Positions 58,983 to 64,000 of a DNA stretch of 64,000 nucleotides are shown here, one piece after another (position 1 is the first letter of the stretch; every line of letters starts with the position of its first letter). Made by a program: the position numbers and the translations under genes. Under the pieces are notes generated by a model that saw only the letters and a list, made by a program, of their open reading frames with translations, ran no database searches and had not been told where the DNA came from. This DNA is from an uncultured delta proteobacterium. Lineage in GTDB: Bacteria > Myxococcota_A > Polyangia > Fen-1088. The DNA lies in NCBI GenBank assembly GCA_963737265.1, contig CAVTRY010000021.1:160001-224000 (forward strand), read 5' to 3'.

Positions 58983-59714
58983 ATGGCGCGCCTATACGTT
59001 TCGCCGGACAAGCTGCAAGGCGACAGAGCAACGCTCGATGAAGCAGCACACCGCCACCTGGTCAAGGTGCTCCGCCTGGCGCCCGGGGCTACGTTCGGCG
59101 TCTTCGACGGCAAGGGTACCGAAATCGAGGCGCGCATCGAAAGCGTGGGACGGGCATCGGTCGACATCGTCCTCGGGGCCCGCCGGCAACTCCCTGCGCC
59201 AGCCTGCGCTATCACCTTGCTCCAGTCGCCGCCACGGGGCGATCGGATGGACCTCATCGTTCAGAAGACCACCGAGCTCGGGGTGGCGCGCATCGTTCCG
59301 GTCCTCACCGAGCGCGGCGTGGCAAAGCCTGGTTCCGACGGCCGGGATCGCCAGAGGCGCTGGCAAACCATCGCCGAAGAGGCAGCCCGTCAGTCGGGCA
59401 GGGCCGATGTCCCCGACGTGGCGAGCGTCGTTACGCTGGCGGAAGCTGTCGGCAAGATTTCCGTCCCCGCCGGCAGCCGGTTCGTGCTGTGGGAAGAGGA
59501 GCGCGCGCAGTCATTCCGCCAAGCGCTTGCCGCCGGTCCGCACGAGGTTGCCGTCCTGGTCGGCCCCGAAGGTGGCTTTCCCGCCGCCGAGGTCGAGCTC
59601 TGTCGCGCCTCGGGATTTCAAGCCGCGGGTCTTGGTTGGCGCGTCCTACGCTCGGAAACGGCGGCCATTGTGGCGGTGGCGCTCGCGCAGGCAGCAGCCG
59701 GCGGGTTGGACTAA
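58983..59714 (+). CDS. rsmE: 16S rRNA m3U1498 methyltransferase
   Basis: HL.KVLR, QKTTELGV, EAARQSGR, GPEGGF, LRSETA. Confidence 0.94.
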   Translation: MARLYVSPDKLQGDRATLDEAAHRHLVKVLRLAPGATFGVFDGKGTEIEARIESVGRASVDIVLGARRQLPAPACAITLLQSPPRGDRMDLIVQKTTELGVARIVPVLTERGVAKPGSDGRDRQRRWQTIAEEAARQSGRADVPDVASVVTLAEAVGKISVPAGSRFVLWEEERAQSFRQALAAGPHEVAVLVGPEGGFPAAEVELCRASGFQAAGLGWRVLRSETAAIVAVALAQAAAGGLD

Positions 59715-59776
59715 CTTGAGCAAAACCAGATAGCAAGAAACTTGCGACCGCAGGCAAGCCTTCGCAGAATGCTCGG

Positions 59777-60385
59777 GTGACAAGCTACGCTGCCATCGTC
59801 GACCCGCCTAGCAACCTCGGCGCGCCCAGTCCGACCGCGGGTGCCACGCGACCGGTCCGCCTGGCTTCCGATAGATCCAAAGTCCATGGCCAGGGGCAGC
59901 GCGTGCTGCGCGTCCGGGCCGCGGTCTTTCCCCGCCGTATGGCCGCCTCGATCGTCGATCTCCTGCTCGTGACACTCGTCTCGACGGCGGTGACCGTGGT
60001 CGCCGCGCTCGCGCTCGGCGTGCGCCTCCCCGGCAGCAAAGAATTTGGCGCGGATTTCGTAATGGCCGGCTTGCTCGATCGCAATCCCATGGTCTTGGGT
60101 GCACTGGGACTGTTTCTCGGCATGAGCGGCCTTTATCAAATCTATCTCGGCGGCATGCTCGGCCAGACCCCGGGAAAACGGCTTCTGCGCTTGCGTGTGA
60201 TTTCCTCGCGCGGCCAAGTGCCTGGACCGGTCGTCGCGAGTGTGCGCTTCTTGGCCATGCTGCTTTCCCTCGCGCCGGTGGGCCTCGGCTGGCTGTGGTG
60301 TATTTTCGACCGCGAACGCCGCGCGCTCCACGATCACCTGTCCGGGACCTATGTGATCTTCGACGGCGACGCCGACGAGCACTAA
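59777..60385 (+). CDS. RDD family membrane protein
   Basis: RRMAASIVD, GQTPGKRLL.LRV, RRALHD.LSGT.V. Confidence 0.88.
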   Translation: MTSYAAIVDPPSNLGAPSPTAGATRPVRLASDRSKVHGQGQRVLRVRAAVFPRRMAASIVDLLLVTLVSTAVTVVAALALGVRLPGSKEFGADFVMAGLLDRNPMVLGALGLFLGMSGLYQIYLGGMLGQTPGKRLLRLRVISSRGQVPGPVVASVRFLAMLLSLAPVGLGWLWCIFDRERRALHDHLSGTYVIFDGDADEH

Positions 60386-60410
60386 CAGCGGAAAGCCTTA
60401 ACCAACCACC

Positions 60411-61484
60411 ATGCCCCTGTCTGAGACTGCCCAGGCACTGGTCCGTCGCGGAGTCGTCACCCGCGAAGCCGCCATCGAGGCCGAGCGGCGCAAGAAGATC
60501 TACGGCGGCGGCCTCGATACCTTGCTGCTCGAGCTGCGGGCCACCGACGAGGAAACCCTCACCAGCCACCTCGCCGAAATCCTCGGCATTCCAGCCGCGC
60601 CAACGTCCAGGGTCGAAAAGGAGTCGGTGCCGGCGGCCAAGAAGTGTATCGACGACGCCACTGCGCAGAGGCTGGGCGCCGTGCCGATGGCTAAGTGCAA
60701 CGACGTCCTGGATGTGCTGGTCCGACCCGATCACGACCACGACATGCTGGTGGCGTGGGCCGCGGAGCGCGCGCTTCTCATCGAGCCCATGCTGGTCAGC
60801 GAGGTTCGTTTCCGTGGGCTCTTACACACCCTCTACGGCATCCCGGTGCCACCGCGCTATCTTGCGCTGCTGGCCAGACTGGTTGGCACCGCCCATGCGC
60901 GGGCTCTTGCGGGCGACCGAGCACGGGTGGGAGGCCGAACGTCGACGACAGGTGGCGGCGTCGACGAAGTCGAGACCCTGCTCATCGCCGCGCGTTTCGG
61001 TGATGCCGAGGCGCGGCGCTCGGCCCTGCGGCTGCTGGCGCGACGACTCGACCATCCGCGCGTGGTCGCCTTTCGCCACGCGCTGGAGAAAAAGGCGGCC
61101 GACACCGATAGCGCGGCCGCGGGTGCATTGCGAGCGATCGCCGAGCTGCGGGACAAAAATGCCGTGCCCGCCGTGGTCGAATTGCTGGAGACCGGAAACG
61201 AGGAGGTGGCCGCCGCGGCGCAGGCCACCTTGGTAGCACTCACCTGCGAGGATCTTGGCCGCAAGACCAAACGCTGGCTCGAATGGTGGGAAAAGATGGG
61301 CAGCCGGACCCGCCTCGAATGGTTGCTCGACGGCCTCGCCCATCGCACGCCCGAGCTTCGACTGGCCGCCTCCAACGAGCTCTACGAGATTTCCGGCGAA
61401 TACTTCGGCTACCACTACGACCTGCCCGAACGCGACCGCGAAGAGGCGCGCCAGCGCTGGATTGCCTGGTGGCAAAATCGCTAG
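60411..61484 (+). CDS. T2SSE_N/MshEN-like domain plus HEAT repeats (possibly FrgA-like)
   Basis: L...LVRRG....A...GG.L.T.LLEL N-terminus; HEAT repeats; W..WW motifs. Confidence 0.65.
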   Translation: MPLSETAQALVRRGVVTREAAIEAERRKKIYGGGLDTLLLELRATDEETLTSHLAEILGIPAAPTSRVEKESVPAAKKCIDDATAQRLGAVPMAKCNDVLDVLVRPDHDHDMLVAWAAERALLIEPMLVSEVRFRGLLHTLYGIPVPPRYLALLARLVGTAHARALAGDRARVGGRTSTTGGGVDEVETLLIAARFGDAEARRSALRLLARRLDHPRVVAFRHALEKKAADTDSAAAGALRAIAELRDKNAVPAVVELLETGNEEVAAAAQATLVALTCEDLGRKTKRWLEWWEKMGSRTRLEWLLDGLAHRTPELRLAASNELYEISGEYFGYHYDLPERDREEARQRWIAWWQNR

Positions 61485-61534
61485 CGCCATCACGGTGCCT
61501 GGCTTGGGCGAGCCTGTGGTAGATTGCGCGCCCG

Positions 61535-63134
61535 ATGTTTGAGACACTTACCAAGGGATTCAGGTCCGCGAAGCAAAAGTTTCAGGGCCTGGCTGAGCTG
61601 GACGAGAAGACCGTGGACGAGGCGCTCGGCGAGGTGCGCACGGCGCTCCTCGAAGCCGACGTCGGCTTCGACGTCGTCAAGGATTTCTGCGCGCAGGTGA
61701 AGGAGAAGGCGGTTGGGGTCATCGTCAAGGTGCGCGCATCCAGCAAGGAAAAGGTCCGCCGCGTCACGCCCGAGGATCAATTCGTCAAGTTGTGCCACGA
61801 CGAACTTGTGCTGCTCATGGGCCCCATCGACTCGGATCTGCACTTCGCCAAGAAAGGCCCGACCGGCATCATGATGGTCGGCCTGCAGGGCAGCGGTAAG
61901 ACCACTACAGTCGGCAAGCTGGCGCGCTATCTCGAAAAGCGCGGCTCTCGCCCGCTGCTGGTCGCGGCCGACGTGTACCGCCCGGCCGCCATCGAACAGC
62001 TGCAAGTGCTCGGCAAGCAACTGAACATGCCGGTTTTCGCCGAGCCCGGCGGCAGCCCGCCGCTCATCTGCGAAAAGGCGCACCGTTTTGCCGCGGAATC
62101 GGGCCGCGACGTGGTCATTTTCGACACCGCCGGCCGTCTTGCTATCGACGAGCTGCTGATGAACGAGCTCAAGGAGATTAAACGCCGCACCAACCCGGCC
62201 AACATCTTCTTCGTCATCGACGCCATGATTGGTCAGGACGCCGTCGCCACGGCCAAGACCTTCCACGACTGGCTCGATTACGACGGCGTCATCCTGACCA
62301 AGCTCGACGGCGACGCCCGCGGCGGCGCGGCCTTGTCGGTTAAGGCGGTCACGGGCAAGCCGGTGAAATTCGTCGGTATGGGCGAATCGCTCGACCGGCT
62401 GGAGGAGTTCCGCCCGGACGGCATGGCCAGCCGCATTCTCGGCCGCGGCGACGTGGTCGGCCTGGTCCAGCAGTTCGAGGAGGTGGTCGACGAAGAGAAG
62501 GCCGAGCAGGACGCCCTGCGCATGCTCAAGGGGAAGTTCGACATGAACGACTTCCTCGAACAGATCTCGATTCTGAAGAAAATGGGGCCGCTCTCCGAGA
62601 TGGTGGAAAAGATCCCGGGCATCGCCGACGCCAACATCCAGGTCGACGACCGCGAGCTTGTCCGCATCGGATTCGATCATCTCGTCCATGACCGATGTCG
62701 AACGGCGCCAGCCCGAGCGGTTCATCATCACCAGCTGGGAAGAGGTCGTAGACAGCGGCAAGCGCAAAAAGAAGCGCAGCGCCTTCTTCGACCAAAGCCG
62801 GCTCGCCCGCGTAGCCCGCGGTTCCGGGCGCAAGGAATCCGAGGTCGCCGACCTGCTCAATCGCTTCGCGATGATGCGGCAGATGATGATGCAGCTCGGA
62901 GCATCGTCGGGGCTGCTCGGCAAGATTCCGGGCTTCAAACAGTTGGGGCAGCTCAACCAGGCTAGGAAAATGCTCGGCGGCATGGACATGGAACAGCTTG
63001 CGTCCATGATGAATGCGCAGTCGCGCGAGCGCGGACACTTCCAGGCGCCCACCCGCAGCGTCGACCGCTCCAAGGAAAAGCGCAAACGCAAGGATGCGCG
63101 CAACGCCCGCAAAAAGGCGCGCAAAAGACGGTAG
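61535..63134 (+). CDS. ffh: Signal recognition particle protein, frameshift near 62668
   Basis: ALLEADV, GLQGSGKTT, DTAGR, TKLDGDARGG. The M-domain IISSMT..ER and RVARGSG lie in the next frame. Confidence 0.95.
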
Positions 63135-63149
63135 CGATTGGCGCCGGGA

Positions 63150-64000
63150 TCAGAGCTTCGGCGTCGCGACCAGCAGCCTCGCCGATGTCGCGTCGATGTG
63201 CCACCATCCCGCATCGGCCGGAACCAGCACGGTCTGCATCGGCACAAGGGCCGCCTGACCCTCGCACGTCGACAGTGTGCCCTGTCCGTCGAGGCAGGTC
63301 ACCACGGCACACGTGCTGCGTGTCGGCTGCTCAAGGTGCCCGCGCATCCGCTGCTCGCGCAACGTGAAGTGAGGACAGTCAACCAAAACCCGCTCCTCGC
63401 AGCCTGGCGATTCCGCCGGTCGCCATGACCCGGAAGCGTGAGGACCAAAGCCCGAACGCGAAAAATCGATCGTCGCCATGGACTCCTCGATGTGCAACTG
63501 GCGCGGCTTGCCGTCGAGCCCCATGCGATCCCAGTCGTACACGCGAAAGGTGACATCCGACGTCTGCTGAACTTCGTAGAGGAGACATCCTTCGCCAACC
63601 GCGTGGACGGTACGCGCCGGCAGAAAGAATACGTCGCCCCGGCGTCCCTCGAAACGATTGAGCGTGGTCGCAACCTGGTGCTCTGCCAGGGCACGCTCGA
63701 GCTCGACGCGCCCAGCGCCTGGGCGGGTGCCCTGGTAGATCGCTCCGCCGTCCTCGAGAATCACCCAGCATTCGGTCTTGCCGCTCGTGCCCACGCCCAG
63801 CCTACGAGCGAGCTCCTCGTCGGGATGAACCTGGACGCTCAGACGTGCGGTGGCGTCGATGAGCTTTACCATGAGAGGGAACTCGGCTCCGCGAAAGGCG
63901 GTGCCGACGAGCGCGGTGCCGGCCTTGGCCACGAGCGCGCGCAAAGGCAGGCCCGCGAGAACGCCCTCGGCCACAATGCTCATGCCGCGCTGGTGATCCG
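63150..64000 (-). CDS. manA: Class I mannose-6-phosphate isomerase (5' end beyond window)
   Basis: FPLMVKLIDA, LSVQVHP, GKTECW, VHA.G, EVQQTSD.TFRVYDW. Confidence 0.9.
   Translation of the reverse strand, partial: DHQRGMSIVAEGVLAGLPLRALVAKAGTALVGTAFRGAEFPLMVKLIDATARLSVQVHPDEELARRLGVGTSGKTECWVILEDGGAIYQGTRPGAGRVELERALAEHQVATTLNRFEGRRGDVFFLPARTVHAVGEGCLLYEVQQTSDVTFRVYDWDRMGLDGKPRQLHIEESMATIDFSRSGFGPHASGSWRPAESPGCEERVLVDCPHFTLREQRMRGHLEQPTRSTCAVVTCLDGQGTLSTCEGQAALVPMQTVLVPADAGWWHIDATSARLLVATPKL

Noticed and set aside
109-63771. Many long antisense or alternate-frame ORFs (e.g. 2409..3860, 45060..46673, 61490..63247)
   Set aside because: Shadow ORFs expected in high-GC DNA; they overlap well-supported genes and have no recognisable motifs.

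Overview
GC-rich bacterial DNA, probably Myxococcota/Polyangia-like (inferred from the GC-rich codon style, the HEAT and Cys-rich lipoproteins and a conserved small protein). Left (1-13.5 kb, minus strand): one tightly coupled operon, mvhD - metF-like - gltB2(degenerate) - gltB2 - gltB1/3 - hdrC - hdrB - hdrL(hdrA) - mvhD. It joins a split glutamate-synthase-like enzyme to a heterodisulfide-reductase (Hdr) electron-bifurcation module and to a MetF paralog lacking its folate catalytic residues. An 84-bp palindromic element is triplicated in frame in the GltB1 propeptide. Next come a PL11 lyase, two divergent HTH-PTS EIIA genes, an Ehr/Hyf-like membrane complex without NiFe ligands, an orphan class III cyclase, an M48 peptidase, a BsuBI/PstI R-M remnant, dapL, tldD, an aldo/keto reductase, three envelope membrane proteins, an IS110 remnant, a Phd-VapC pair and leuA with a leader-peptide attenuator. 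A STAND-TM-HEAT gene is followed by a ~2.2-kb insert (vapBC, a 43-bp palindromic repeat array, a 229-aa orphan) flanked by duplicated gene ends. The right end is housekeeping (rny, ygfA, slyX, recN, nadK, rpsU, prmA, rsmE, ffh, manA). Single-base frameshifts in the hdr genes and ffh are probably sequencing errors. All family assignments are from motif recognition by eye; no database searches were run.
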